Assembly: GCA_013287475.1 (NCBI GenBank)
Contig: JABDDT010000007.1
Coordinates: forward strand, 6,110 to 70,109
Reading direction: 5' to 3'
DNA from: Bacteroidota bacterium
GTDB lineage: Bacteria; Bacteroidota; Bacteroidia; Chitinophagales; Chitinophagaceae
Length of the DNA stretch: 64,000 nucleotides
In this document: piece after piece, positions 20,933-31,605 of the stretch
How positions within the stretch are numbered: the stretch's first letter is position 1
Layout: every line of letters begins with the position of its first letter
Program-made: the position numbers and the translations under genes
Notes under the pieces: model-generated
What the model was told of the DNA's origin: nothing
Databases searched by the model: none
The model's input: only the letters and a program-made list of their open reading frames with translations

Positions 20933-22078
20933 TTAAAGTTCAGGAATATCCACCCAGCACTTTTTGCTCCAGCTTTCCAATCCTTTTTCTGCCAGCTGCA
21001 CTCCCTTAACACCTTCGCGCATATCCCAGGGAAAAGAATCACCTTTCACAACATGTTTTAGAAACAGCTCCCATTGCACTTTGAAAGCATTATCATAATT
21101 TTCCTGTTCAGGCACTTTTGCCCAACCCTCAAAAAAATTAATTGGTTGTGGAATATCGGGATTCCAAACCGGCTTAGGCGTATTACCATAATGCTGAATA
21201 TAACATTCACGCAGTCCCGCTACCGCAGATCCATTGGTTCCGTCAACCTGCAGCGTTAATAAATCATCACGTCGTACCCTCACTGTCCATGAAGAATTAA
21301 ATTGAGCAATGATACCACCCTCCAGTTCGAATGTTGCATATGCCGAATCGTCTGCGGTACTTTTATATCGCTTCCCTTCTTCATCAACTCTTTCCGGGAT
21401 ATGTGTAGCCCCAAGACATGAAACCGCTTTTACCTTTCCAAAAACATTGTCGAGCAGGTATCGCCAGTGACAAAGCATATCAGTTATAATACCTCCATCA
21501 TCTTCTTTCCGATAGTTCCAAGATGGTCTTTGAGCGGGAATTGAATCACCTTCAAATACCCAATATCCAAATTCCCCCCGCACAGACAGGATTCTACCGA
21601 AAAATCCCTGTTGAATCAGACGCTTTATTTTTAAAATACCAGGAAGCCAAAGTTTATCCTGTACAACACCGTTTTTTACATAATGCTCTTTACATAGCCG
21701 GTACAATTCCATGGCCTGCTTTGTATCTGTTCCTATTGGTTTTTCACAGTATATATGCTTTCCTGCTTTCACCGCTTTCCGGATTCCTTCCGCACGTCTG
21801 CCTGTAATTTGCGCATCGAAATAAATAACATTATGTGGATCAGCCAGGGCCTGATCCAGATCGGTGCTCATTTTTTTTACACCGGACATCAGACAAAGTT
21901 TTTTTAATTTATTTTCATCACGACCGATCAATACAGGATCAGGCATGATGGTTTCACCGGGACTTATTTTTACACCACCTTGTTTTATTATTTCTACAAT
22001 AGATCGCATTAAATGCTGATTAGTTCCCATGCGCCCTGTAACGCCGTTCATAATGACACCTATTTTATGCTCTGTCAT
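20933..22078 (-). CDS. Gfo/Idh/MocA family oxidoreductase
   Basis: NGVTGRMG, KHIYCEKP, GGIITDMLCH. Confidence 0.9.
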   Translation of the reverse strand: MTEHKIGVIMNGVTGRMGTNQHLMRSIVEIIKQGGVKISPGETIMPDPVLIGRDENKLKKLCLMSGVKKMSTDLDQALADPHNVIYFDAQITGRRAEGIRKAVKAGKHIYCEKPIGTDTKQAMELYRLCKEHYVKNGVVQDKLWLPGILKIKRLIQQGFFGRILSVRGEFGYWVFEGDSIPAQRPSWNYRKEDDGGIITDMLCHWRYLLDNVFGKVKAVSCLGATHIPERVDEEGKRYKSTADDSAYATFELEGGIIAQFNSSWTVRVRRDDLLTLQVDGTNGSAVAGLRECYIQHYGNTPKPVWNPDIPQPINFFEGWAKVPEQENYDNAFKVQWELFLKHVVKGDSFPWDMREGVKGVQLAEKGLESWSKKCWVDIPEL

Positions 22079-22103
22079 ATTTTAACTATTATCAGCTCTG
22101 TTT

Positions 22104-22937
22104 TTAAGAATGATCCTTATATGCTTTAATAATCTTCCGAAGATACTCAGATTGGTTTTCTTTCCAGTATGCCGTAGAAAAGATTTCAACCTCATTAAAA
22201 CCGTTAAACCCTGCGGCCTCCACCCAGGATCTGATTTGCTTAACAGGAATGCAACCTTCACCCATCAACCCGCGATCCAGCAGCATATCCACAGTTGGAA
22301 CCTTCCAATCACAGATATGGAATGCCGTGAGGTGACCATTTTCTCCGCACCGTTTTATTTCTATCTCCAGGAATGGATCCCACCAAACATGATACACATC
22401 AACAGCAACACCAACCCAAGGTGAATTAAATTCTTCAGCCATATCATTGGCTTGTTTCATCGTATTGATTGCCGAACGTGTGTCAGCATACATGGGATGC
22501 AGGGGCTCAATGGCCAACCTGATTCCAGCAGTTGATGCATGCGGAATCAGCTCTCCAATACCATCCTGAATCTGTTTTCTTGAATCTTCCAACCGTTGAG
22601 ATGGATCAGCGCCACACACAAGCACGACCATCGGAGTTCCAAGATCGGCAGCTTCATCAATGGCCCTGCGGTTATCATCAATGGCCGATTTTCTTTTATT
22701 TGAATCTTTAGCCGGAAAAAATCCGCTCCTGCAAAGTGATACAATAGTCAGGTCATGATCGAGAAGCATTTTACCAGTCTGTTTGATATTTCTTCCTTCC
22801 AGTGCATCGCGCCAAACTGTAATCCCTTTAATTCCGGCCGCTGAAAAATGCTGAGCAGTCTCTTCTATTTTCCAGGGCCTGGTCGTAATAGTATGAATGC
22901 ACAATTTGGAAAGATCATTTTCGCCTGTAGAATTCAT
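22104..22937 (-). CDS. Sugar phosphate isomerase/epimerase (xylose-isomerase-like TIM barrel)
   Basis: LAIEPLHP, VDVYH, FHICD, DRGLMGEG, EVEIFS metal-ligand pattern. Confidence 0.9.
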   Translation of the reverse strand: MNSTGENDLSKLCIHTITTRPWKIEETAQHFSAAGIKGITVWRDALEGRNIKQTGKMLLDHDLTIVSLCRSGFFPAKDSNKRKSAIDDNRRAIDEAADLGTPMVVLVCGADPSQRLEDSRKQIQDGIGELIPHASTAGIRLAIEPLHPMYADTRSAINTMKQANDMAEEFNSPWVGVAVDVYHVWWDPFLEIEIKRCGENGHLTAFHICDWKVPTVDMLLDRGLMGEGCIPVKQIRSWVEAAGFNGFNEVEIFSTAYWKENQSEYLRKIIKAYKDHS

Positions 22938-24313
22938 AAGATGTTGAAAAAGGTATGATACGTTTCATTATTGATCACCCGTTGAATATAAAGAGCCGCT
23001 TCACGTGCATGATAATCCCCCCACATACTTGATTCACCACTTGGTATTTTACTTCCCGGAGCTATGTAATCCCATCCATTTGGCCGATGATAAACGGAAT
23101 GCAGCAACAATCCCTGATGCATTTGACCAGTACTCAGATAGGGCTCATCAAAAATGGTATTTAAAACAGTAAGTCCTGCCTGCCAATAACGATCGCCGGA
23201 CTCTTTCTCTGCATTTTGTTGAAGATACCTGCCGAGTCTCAACAGTCCCTGCGCTGCAATGGATGCAGCCGAACTGTCAACCGGTTCGAAATCATTGAAC
23301 GGATCCGCCGGATTATTCAAATAATCCCCCAGCTTATACAGATTAGTAGCGCCGGTATCCCAATAAGGCACACCATCCACCGGGCAGTTGTCAATGTAAA
23401 AATCACAGGTAGCCCTGGCCGCTTTTATCATAAAAGGTAAAATATCTTTCTTTACATTCAGGCCAGCAATAGCTACATATTTAACAGAATCAAACCATTC
23501 AATTTCTTCAGCGAATCCACACATGGCCCATGCAAGACCCCTTGTCCAGGTACTAAACCCTGAGTACCCCTGTTGTGAATTCGGACAACGAAAATTTCCG
23601 TCATTTACATTGAAGATGGTTTCGTGTGCTGTTCGCCCCAAAACATCATATATATCACGACCCTCACCATAAAATATTGAATAATTTGCTGTCGCTTTCA
23701 TATGTTCAACTGCACGTTCCAATAAACTAATCCGCTGATCGCCCTCCGACTGCAGGATATGCCCCAGGCAATGGCTAAGAATAAGGGAACGACACGAACG
23801 GAGCGTGTCAACAAAAAGTGAGTGGGGTCCATTGAAGGAGTAAATAAAACCACCGCCTTTAATTGTTGTCCACCGCGTTGCCTGCACTGCACCCGATATT
23901 TTTAGTGCCAGTGAATAAAAATTTTCTTCCCATTCATTAAATGCTATTTTACCTTCTTTCATTAAACGCAGCAAATTACCATAAGTACTCACGTTGTTAA
24001 ATCCATGATCATGCACACCCATATGACTGATATGCGGCGACATTACTTCAACGGTTTTCCTGCGCCCCATCTCAAGCAATTTTCTTTCACCCGTTGCATC
24101 ATATTGAAGAATCATTGATCCATATAAAAATCCCTGAGTCCATTCCGTCCATCCCCTGGTTATGTACTTTCCCTGGCTTGTAAAAACCGGTGAACCTTTT
24201 GAAACATCATAATTATTTTCAATCAGGTGAATTTTTTCTTCTGATAGCTGCCAGAATCTTTTGAGCTTGGGTACCAGATCTGATGGTCTTAAGATTAGAT
24301 TTATTTTGATCAT
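22934..24313 (-). CDS. Glycoside hydrolase family 88-like (unsaturated glucuronyl hydrolase-like)
   Basis: WTQGF, HDHGF, QQGY...STWTRGLAWA, VPYWD, DSSAASIAA, WGDYH. Confidence 0.85.
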   Translation of the reverse strand: MIKINLILRPSDLVPKLKRFWQLSEEKIHLIENNYDVSKGSPVFTSQGKYITRGWTEWTQGFLYGSMILQYDATGERKLLEMGRRKTVEVMSPHISHMGVHDHGFNNVSTYGNLLRLMKEGKIAFNEWEENFYSLALKISGAVQATRWTTIKGGGFIYSFNGPHSLFVDTLRSCRSLILSHCLGHILQSEGDQRISLLERAVEHMKATANYSIFYGEGRDIYDVLGRTAHETIFNVNDGNFRCPNSQQGYSGFSTWTRGLAWAMCGFAEEIEWFDSVKYVAIAGLNVKKDILPFMIKAARATCDFYIDNCPVDGVPYWDTGATNLYKLGDYLNNPADPFNDFEPVDSSAASIAAQGLLRLGRYLQQNAEKESGDRYWQAGLTVLNTIFDEPYLSTGQMHQGLLLHSVYHRPNGWDYIAPGSKIPSGESSMWGDYHAREAALYIQRVINNETYHTFFNIL

Positions 24314-24531
24314 TGCCAGATTGTTTATAACCTAAAACTCAATGTTGATTATTCATGGCTCGGGTAAAATCTATTTTAGATTATTAGTAATTTATACAAG
24401 AAAATTTGGATAATGATAATTTAATTATATCCTCCTGGAACAATTCCCAATTAAAAACAGGAAGATCACATAAAAAAAGCGATTACTAAGAAAACTGTAA
24501 GAATTATCTTGCATATTATATTTATATCAAA

Positions 24532-24786
24532 ATGGAAAACTTCACAACATATCTGGAGTTTGAAAATGGAGTTCTATTTATTAATGATCCCAAACCATTT
24601 CCAATTATAATGACAGTTAAATCAATCCTTGAACCAATCATTTTTGAAAGAAGACTTTCAGGTAAAATCAGAATTGAGAGTTACAACGATAGAATATCTA
24701 TTGGTTATGACGATGTGAAGCCTTTTGAATATGTACCGGAACTAATGCAGGCAATTCGCAAGTCTTCTTCTGAAAATTTTGGATAA
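24532..24786 (+). CDS. Small hypothetical protein
   Basis: 84-aa ORF with an A/T-rich leader. Confidence 0.5.
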   Translation: MENFTTYLEFENGVLFINDPKPFPIIMTVKSILEPIIFERRLSGKIRIESYNDRISIGYDDVKPFEYVPELMQAIRKSSSENFG

Positions 24787-24899
24787 CGCTCCGTGACAGG
24801 TCGTTTCATCTACTCAATTGCCGCTTTGGTAGAAACATACCAGGCCTTCAGATATGCGGAACCGGTTAAGTCTTTCGGGAGGGTATATTTGCAGGAGAA

Positions 24900-25910
24900 A
24901 TGATGCATCTGCGATCGAAATATATTAACCCGTTCATACATGTGCTGGTTTGGGCATCGGTAATTGCCATCCCGGCACTTATTTTTCATAATATTCCTAT
25001 TGCAACAGGGTTGCCTGATTATTTCTTTCTGATCACTAACCTGTATCACATCGGTCTGTTTTACCTGAATGCCTATTTTCTGTATCCCGTTCTTTTCACA
25101 CGAAGGAGATGGTGGATTTACATCCCTGTATTAGCATGTATACTCGCCTTTTCCTATTATGCGAAACTATTTATATTAAATTGGGCATTTCCGGGCTTTA
25201 TACTGACTCCCTTCAACAACCGGATTATTTTTTTTCCTCCAATCGCATTTCTTTTAGCCAGTGTAATTTTCAGGTTCATTGCGGACCGTATTCAATTTGA
25301 AAGATTAGAAAAAGAGTTGAAATCTGAACGGCTTGGCTCGGAATTGAAATTTCTGCGTTCACAGATCAGCCCTCATTTTCTATTCAACATGATGGCAAAT
25401 ATGGTTTCTCTTGCGAGGCAAAAATCTGATCTGCTGGAATCATCGCTGCTCAAGCTTTCGGATCTGCTCAGGTATATGCTCTATGAATCCAACAAGGATC
25501 GGTTCCTGGTAAGTGATGAGATCATGTACCTTAAAAGTTATATCGAGCTCCAGCAATTAAGGTTTGGGGAAGATGTTGATCTGCTTTTTGAAATTCAGTC
25601 AGGAACAGTTGATTGTTTTATCGAACCCATGCTATTGGTACCTTTTGTTGAAAACGCGTTTAAACATGGAATCGGGATGGTCTCCAATCCTTTCATCAAA
25701 ATCATGCTTGAAATAAAAGATCGCCGGTTATTTTTTTCAGTCAGCAATAATTACAACAAGTCCAATATTTCGAAAGACCTGAATTCAGGCATCGGAATCA
25801 TAAATGTGAAGAACAGGTTGAACCTGCTCTACCCTGGAAAAAATAATTTGACGATTCTGGATGATGGAAATACCTATACCGTAAACCTGAATCTTGAAAT
25901 GATATGCTGA
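24900..25910 (+). CDS. LytS/YehU-type membrane sensor histidine kinase
   Basis: TM region; LRSQISPHFLFN, LRYMLYE, VENAFKHG, GIGIINV. Confidence 0.92.
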   Translation: MMHLRSKYINPFIHVLVWASVIAIPALIFHNIPIATGLPDYFFLITNLYHIGLFYLNAYFLYPVLFTRRRWWIYIPVLACILAFSYYAKLFILNWAFPGFILTPFNNRIIFFPPIAFLLASVIFRFIADRIQFERLEKELKSERLGSELKFLRSQISPHFLFNMMANMVSLARQKSDLLESSLLKLSDLLRYMLYESNKDRFLVSDEIMYLKSYIELQQLRFGEDVDLLFEIQSGTVDCFIEPMLLVPFVENAFKHGIGMVSNPFIKIMLEIKDRRLFFSVSNNYNKSNISKDLNSGIGIINVKNRLNLLYPGKNNLTILDDGNTYTVNLNLEMIC

Positions 25911-26602
25911 ACTGTATAGCTGTCGATGATGAGAAACTGGTCCTGGATCTTTTGGTGGATAATATTCAGAAGGTTCCTTTTCTGCACCTTGTAAAACGTT
26001 GTAAAAACGCCATGGAGGCGGCGGATGTCCTTCACAAAGAAAAAATTGAACTTATTTTTCTGGATATTCAAATGCCCGGTCTGAACGGTTTGCAATTCCT
26101 GGAATCCCTTTATAATCCGCCGATGATCATATTTGTGACGGCTTATAAAGATTATGCATTTGATGGATTTAATCTGGGGGTGGTGGATTACCTTCTGAAA
26201 CCTGTTTCATTTGAGCGTTTCCTGAAAGCCTGCAACAAGGCGCAGGATTTATTTAACCTTCAAAAAAACGCCCAAAAAGAGGAGATGCCGGATTATTTTT
26301 TTGTGTACGTGGAATATAACCAGATAAAAATAATGATCCCGGAGATATTATACATCGAAGGGATGAAAGATTACGTGAAAATATTTCTGAGCAGCTCCCC
26401 CCGTCCTGTCATTACTAAAATGAGCCTGAAAATGTTAGAAGAAAAACTTGCACCACACCAGTTTGTAAGAACCCATAAATCATATATCCTTTCCGCCAAA
26501 AAGATAACAGCGATCAAACGGGACCTGGTCTGCATCGGCCCTGTTGAATTGCCATTGAGTGAGAACTATAAGGCCAACCTGGAAAAAATGCTTTCGCTCT
26601 GA
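25904..26602 (+). CDS. LytTR family response regulator
   Basis: VDDE, FLDIQMP, LLKP, FVRTHKSY. Confidence 0.93.
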   Translation: MLNCIAVDDEKLVLDLLVDNIQKVPFLHLVKRCKNAMEAADVLHKEKIELIFLDIQMPGLNGLQFLESLYNPPMIIFVTAYKDYAFDGFNLGVVDYLLKPVSFERFLKACNKAQDLFNLQKNAQKEEMPDYFFVYVEYNQIKIMIPEILYIEGMKDYVKIFLSSSPRPVITKMSLKMLEEKLAPHQFVRTHKSYILSAKKITAIKRDLVCIGPVELPLSENYKANLEKMLSL

Positions 26603-26773
26603 TCTTCCAAACCGCCTTTTTTGTCTACGCAAGTCTGCGGGTGATCTATTCTCCATAAAAAAAACCTTTCTGCTGCTTTAGTTTCGTCGGAGAAACAGAA
26701 GATGATGAAATATCTCGTCTCGTTATCAGAGTTAAAGTAAATTTTTTTATTAAAACATTAAAAAATCAAAATC

Positions 26774-27028
26774 ATGTTTATTGGATTGCTCATTTTAATT
26801 AGGGTATTGTTTGCCGCAAGTATGGTATTCATTATAGGATATGTATATGGTTCATTTTCTAAAAACACTACACTGAAAGTGATTACAAAAATTGCCGCGA
26901 TTCTGGTAATCGTATTGTTTATTGGAGCCAATATTTTAATATTTCGTTTTGCTGGCAGCCGTTGGCGATATCATGGAACGCAATATGGTTGTGGGTATGA
27001 CCAAAGCGATTCAACTTTTAAAAAATAA
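26774..27028 (+). CDS. Small two-TM membrane protein
   Basis: Two hydrophobic segments; downstream of the LytTR gene. Confidence 0.6.
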   Translation: MFIGLLILIRVLFAASMVFIIGYVYGSFSKNTTLKVITKIAAILVIVLFIGANILIFRFAGSRWRYHGTQYGCGYDQSDSTFKK

Positions 27029-27038
27029 ATTTAATAAA

Positions 27039-27725
27039 ATGAATCATTCAAATGGAGAGAAACATTACGGCCCTCATTTGGGAGTTTTGGCAATCGTCTT
27101 TGTGTCCTTATTTGTCGGAAGCCTGGTTATCCTTGGAGTACTGACAAAAGGAGTTTTCTACCCGAGACCAGACTGGCAGGAGGATTTGGTAAAGGATTAT
27201 TTTAATCGGTTTGGACCGCTGGTTCGTATCATATCATTTTTGCAATTTGGCGCAGCAATCCCGCTGGGAATTTTTACTGCGACCATAACCAGCAGGTTGA
27301 AATTTCTGGGAATAAATGCAGCGGGTGTAAATATTGCCCAATTCGGTGGATTCGCATCATCCGTTTTTCTGGCAATTTCGGGACTTACCGGGTGGGTATT
27401 ATCGCAACCTGCTTTAACCGCAGCAGGAAACCCCATCCGTGTTTTTCAGTTATTCGGATTTGCAACCGGTGGTGTCGGTCATGTTACTGCATTGGGATTA
27501 CTGCTGGCCGGCATTTCAGTAACATCCGGTTTTGCCAGGTTGATCCCGCGGTGGCTGGTTTGGCTGGGGATCATCACAGCTGTTTTCGCTGAATTGTCAT
27601 CCCTGAGTCTGGTTTTTCCCAACCTGACTTTTTTCATTCCTTTGGGCAGATTCCCTGGCTTTATCTGGATGATAGGTATTGGATTTACTTTAACTAAATC
27701 TAAAAAATTAACTCCTCACCAGTGA
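27039..27725 (+). CDS. Membrane protein (DUF4386-like)
   Basis: About 6 TM segments; LIPRWLVWLG motif; start moved to ATG 27039. Confidence 0.7.
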   Translation: MNHSNGEKHYGPHLGVLAIVFVSLFVGSLVILGVLTKGVFYPRPDWQEDLVKDYFNRFGPLVRIISFLQFGAAIPLGIFTATITSRLKFLGINAAGVNIAQFGGFASSVFLAISGLTGWVLSQPALTAAGNPIRVFQLFGFATGGVGHVTALGLLLAGISVTSGFARLIPRWLVWLGIITAVFAELSSLSLVFPNLTFFIPLGRFPGFIWMIGIGFTLTKSKKLTPHQ

Positions 27726-27741
27726 GTTTATGATTACTCCG

Positions 27742-28779
27742 TTATCTGAAAGTCAGGCGCGCTTCTTTGTCCGTTTTAGCCGATACTTTTGTACCGCCTC
27801 CATTTGTTGTGCCCTTCACTAAATCTTTCGATTTCGAGCCGGTAAAATTCTGCATCCCATCGACCGAAACGTCCCTGCCATGCAGATCAAGGTCAAGGCC
27901 TTTCCCTTTTGGAAGCTCAAGAGAGATGTCGCCATTTTCATTACTCATTACTATCTCGCCAGTGATATTCACTACTGACAATGAAATATTGCCATGGTCG
28001 GTAGATGCATTCACACTGCTGGACATGCCCTCCAGATCAACATCTCCATGGGAAGTAGACGCGTTCAGTTCACCTCCGATATTGTTGGCGGATACGTTTC
28101 CGTGCTCGGTGCCTGCACGCACTTTACCTTTAAGATCTTTTAAATCGATATTTCCATGGGAAGTGATGAGTTTTATGGTGCCTTCACAGTTTCTGCCTGT
28201 AACATCTCCATGGTCAGTGCTGACATCAATTTCATTTTTGCAATCAGTAACGGAAACATTCCCATGAGAAGTTTGTCCTACCACTTTTCCCGTTATTTTG
28301 GAAATAGTTATATCTCCATGGCTGGTTTCAACATCCTGACTGCCTTCCAGTCCCGAAAGATCAATATTTCCATGGCTTGTCTTTAGAACACTTGATGCGG
28401 TCTTTGGCGCATATATCTTAAAAGAGATACTTAGTCCGGATTCATTGAATAGAATTTCTTTTTTCTGGCGCGCTGAAGCGTTGAGCACATCACCGGAAAG
28501 TGAAATCTCCAGGGTATAGTATTCATCCAATTTTTTTTGAATCTGCTGTTTGCTCAATTCCTGGTTACTATTGCTGTTACGTACATAAACTTCCACCCTC
28601 GTTTGAGAAGAAAGCACATCAGAAACGGAGATATTGCCGTGACTTGTACCCGCAACGATCATTTTAGGCGACGCGTTATTGAAGGATTTTGTAGTATACA
28701 GGTATTCTGATTCAGAATTCTGAGCCTGCAGGGCTAAGCTGGATACAGCAAGAATAAATGCAAAGGCAATCTTTTTCAT
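27742..28779 (-). CDS. DUF4097 beta-strand repeat protein
   Basis: Signal peptide MKKIAFAF; many T(S/D/E)HG(N/D)(I/V) repeats. Confidence 0.85.
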   Translation of the reverse strand: MKKIAFAFILAVSSLALQAQNSESEYLYTTKSFNNASPKMIVAGTSHGNISVSDVLSSQTRVEVYVRNSNSNQELSKQQIQKKLDEYYTLEISLSGDVLNASARQKKEILFNESGLSISFKIYAPKTASSVLKTSHGNIDLSGLEGSQDVETSHGDITISKITGKVVGQTSHGNVSVTDCKNEIDVSTDHGDVTGRNCEGTIKLITSHGNIDLKDLKGKVRAGTEHGNVSANNIGGELNASTSHGDVDLEGMSSSVNASTDHGNISLSVVNITGEIVMSNENGDISLELPKGKGLDLDLHGRDVSVDGMQNFTGSKSKDLVKGTTNGGGTKVSAKTDKEARLTFR

Positions 28780-28941
28780 ATATATAAATTGTATGATGTA
28801 AAATACAACAGTACCAAAGCCATGCCGATTCGATGGTGATTTGGAAATCAGGGACATATTAATAAAAGCAAAGAACACATTTGTCCGCTTGTGATACAGC
28901 ATGTGGCCGATCCGGATCTTTAGACTTGCAAAAATTTTATT

Positions 28942-29460
28942 TCAAATACTGAGTTTGAAATCCTTGCCCGTTGTATCATTATTTTTCCGGTAATATTTGT
29001 TTGCTATTAATGATACAGGAAAGCCCAGGCACAGGCTTAATCCGGCAAAGCTGATAATTGATGCTATTAAGTTAATCTGGCTGGGATATTTTGGAACGCC
29101 CTTTATATCCGGCACATTACTCAAAGGAAGAATTGCGAAAGTTGAAATTATCCAAATGATCAGCCCGAAAACAAACGCTAAAATATATTTGTTATTTATT
29201 ACTCTTTTAAAATTAGGATACAACAAGAAAAAAATGATACTAAAAACTGAAGCGATTAAATAATGAAATAATACTCCCCAAAAAACCATATAATTTGCTG
29301 TAAAGGCCGTCGCGCCAAACCATCCGCTTGCGATATATCTGTATGACTGTTCAGGGCTTGCGGGATAACTGAAGATGAAAGATAATATTCCATCTAAAGT
29401 GGCTGTTAATAAACACAACCATATGATGGTTAATAGTTTTTTGTTTTTTTGATGTACCAT
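28942..29460 (-). CDS. Membrane protein (DUF1440-like)
   Basis: YIASGWFG and GVLFHYLIA motifs; 4 TM segments. Confidence 0.65.
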   Translation of the reverse strand: MVHQKNKKLLTIIWLCLLTATLDGILSFIFSYPASPEQSYRYIASGWFGATAFTANYMVFWGVLFHYLIASVFSIIFFLLYPNFKRVINNKYILAFVFGLIIWIISTFAILPLSNVPDIKGVPKYPSQINLIASIISFAGLSLCLGFPVSLIANKYYRKNNDTTGKDFKLSI

Positions 29461-29489
29461 ATATTTTATTAATCCTATTGATCAGGTAT

Positions 29490-30683
29490 CTATTCAACCG
29501 TGACTGTAAACGTACAAATGGCTGTTGCCCCAGCGTTATCCGTTGCTGTAATCTTTATCAAATAAGTTCCTGGTTGTTGCGGAATGCCTGATAAAATCTT
29601 CCGCTTTGCGTCAAATGTCAGCCATGCTGGTAATGGACTGTCATCAGCTGAGATTGCGGAAAAACTTAATGTACTATTTCCATCATCATCATAAAAAGTA
29701 TCGTCTCTGACTGAAAGCGAAAAAGCCTGTTTGACCCTGGCTGTCTGCTTTGTTATGGAATCCCTTACATAGGGTTCAAAATTGCTGTGTCTTAAATCTT
29801 CCAATAAATCATCAAACCTGACCCAGTAAATGGCGCAATCCTGCGGGCCATGGCCATAACTGTAAAAAAGATATTTATTATTTGGCGTAACATATTCACC
29901 CCACCGGTGTGCCAGGCCATTGTTTATCCGGGGTCCAAGGCTTTTGGGATTTGTCCATGTGCCGTCTGGTTTGTGATAGCTGATAAATAATTCACATTCA
30001 TAATCGGGATGCTCTTTTGCGCTGACAACGATATAAGATTCATCAGGGGCTATAAAAAAATCACCATCAAAACCAGAAGTATTCAACGGTTTGCCAAGCG
30101 TATGAATAGTTGTATCGCCGCTATTGACAGGGGGCATTATGGATATATCATAACATGTAAAATCTCTAATACTCCCGTTGATGTTGCTGGCTGCGTACAT
30201 ATTGCCGCTGCGTGTAGGCATAAAATCATACATGCCGTAGCTTCTGTTTAGATAGGTTTCCGGTCCGCTCCAGCCATTTGAATCACGATGAATCAGTGTT
30301 ACACCTCCTTTTCCTCCTCCAATAAAGTAAAGTGTGTCACCACCTGGTGCGAAGGACGGTGCATAAAATTGTCTGACCAGTGTCGTTGGGCCGATCCATT
30401 TATTACCGTCATATTTATAAACCTGTATAGATGCATCTTTACTGCTGAACCAGGTATTGTTCCGGCAATAATAAAACTCCATTCCATCGGGAGAAAAGGC
30501 ACATCGGTCCATTGAAAAATAAGGCGTATCGTTTATTAACTGCGGGGCAAATTTTACAGGCATGTTACCCGGCGGAGTCTGTCCGAGATAAGCCTTCGGG
30601 CCGTCCCAAAAATTCTCTTGCGCTTTCAAAATGCTGCATATTCCAAGACAGCCGATAATGAACAGAATAGCTGACTTATTCAT
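29490..30683 (-). CDS. Exported PD40 beta-propeller protein with a C-terminal Ig/cadherin-like domain
   Basis: YLGQTPPG, AFSPDG, FIAPDESY, WTNPKSLG; C-terminal LPAWLTFD..LSGIP..ITATD. Confidence 0.8.
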   Translation of the reverse strand: MNKSAILFIIGCLGICSILKAQENFWDGPKAYLGQTPPGNMPVKFAPQLINDTPYFSMDRCAFSPDGMEFYYCRNNTWFSSKDASIQVYKYDGNKWIGPTTLVRQFYAPSFAPGGDTLYFIGGGKGGVTLIHRDSNGWSGPETYLNRSYGMYDFMPTRSGNMYAASNINGSIRDFTCYDISIMPPVNSGDTTIHTLGKPLNTSGFDGDFFIAPDESYIVVSAKEHPDYECELFISYHKPDGTWTNPKSLGPRINNGLAHRWGEYVTPNNKYLFYSYGHGPQDCAIYWVRFDDLLEDLRHSNFEPYVRDSITKQTARVKQAFSLSVRDDTFYDDDGNSTLSFSAISADDSPLPAWLTFDAKRKILSGIPQQPGTYLIKITATDNAGATAICTFTVTVE

Positions 30684-30900
30684 GTGTTTATCGATTTTAT
30701 CGAAACTATATTCATACCTGCAGTACCGTAAATTTTTTCGACAAACACAACATTTTTGCCGACAAAATCAATGAATCTGTTAAATTCCCGGCAATTACAT
30801 GAACTTCCGTTCAACCATCAGTCCGATGAGGGTCACAACCTAATATAGGAAACAATCCCGGGGATTATTTTGGGAGACGATTAAAAAGCTATAGATATTT

Positions 30901-31128
30901 TCACGGTATTTCAAAAAGCTCAAGGCCTTCAAATAATTTGCTGATATTAATTTGCAAGGCAATAGAAATTTTTTGGATCATTTCAATAGAAATATCCGAT
31001 TCGCCTTTTTCAATTCCTGAAATATAACTTGTATCGTGTTCTACCAGATGAGCTAATGCCTCCTGCGTCAGGCCTCTTGCCTGACGCAGTTCTTTAACTC
31101 TTTTGCCAAACCTTTTCCTTATATCCAT
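30901..31128 (-). CDS. XRE family HTH regulator
   Basis: FGKRVKELR..GLTQEALA..YISGIEKG. Confidence 0.85.
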   Translation of the reverse strand: MDIRKRFGKRVKELRQARGLTQEALAHLVEHDTSYISGIEKGESDISIEMIQKISIALQINISKLFEGLELFEIP

Positions 31129-31167
31129 TTCTGTATTCGTCAGTAGTTGTACTCTTTACGCAAAGAC

Positions 31168-31605
31168 CTAAGCTATCGCCAGAGCATTTTCTTTTACAAT
31201 CAGGTTCACTTCAATATTACCCCTTGTTGCATTTGAGTAGGGACAAACGGCATCTGCTTTGTTTACGAGCTCCTCAGCTTTCTCATGGTCAACTCCGGGT
31301 AGTATTATTTCCAGGTCCACTCCCAGGCCGAACCGTGATTCGTCAAGTTTTCCGAGACTGACCTGCGCAGTAACGGTAGCTTCACCTGTTTTTACTTTTT
31401 CCTGGTTGATCACACGATTCAGCGCGCTGAGAAAACAGGCAGAAAAGCCAGCTGCAAAAAGCAACTCAGGATTTAAATAATTATCATTGGCGCCTCCCAT
31501 TGCTTTGGGGTAACGAAAATCGAAGTCCACTAACTTATCAGGAGATTGAACGTGCCCGTTACGGCCACCTTTGGCGGTAACTGAGGCGGTATATATCTTG
31601 TTCAT
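31168..31605 (-). CDS. ohr: Organic hydroperoxide resistance protein
   Basis: GGRNG, NPELLFAAGFSACF, VCPYSNATRGN with both catalytic Cys. Confidence 0.95.
   Translation of the reverse strand: MNKIYTASVTAKGGRNGHVQSPDKLVDFDFRYPKAMGGANDNYLNPELLFAAGFSACFLSALNRVINQEKVKTGEATVTAQVSLGKLDESRFGLGVDLEIILPGVDHEKAEELVNKADAVCPYSNATRGNIEVNLIVKENALAIA

Noticed and set aside
27742-28779. Periodic DNA repeats inside the gene
   Set aside because: Explained by the DUF4097 protein repeats.
30901-31128. Restriction-modification controller protein
   Set aside because: No methylase or nuclease nearby and no clear C-box.
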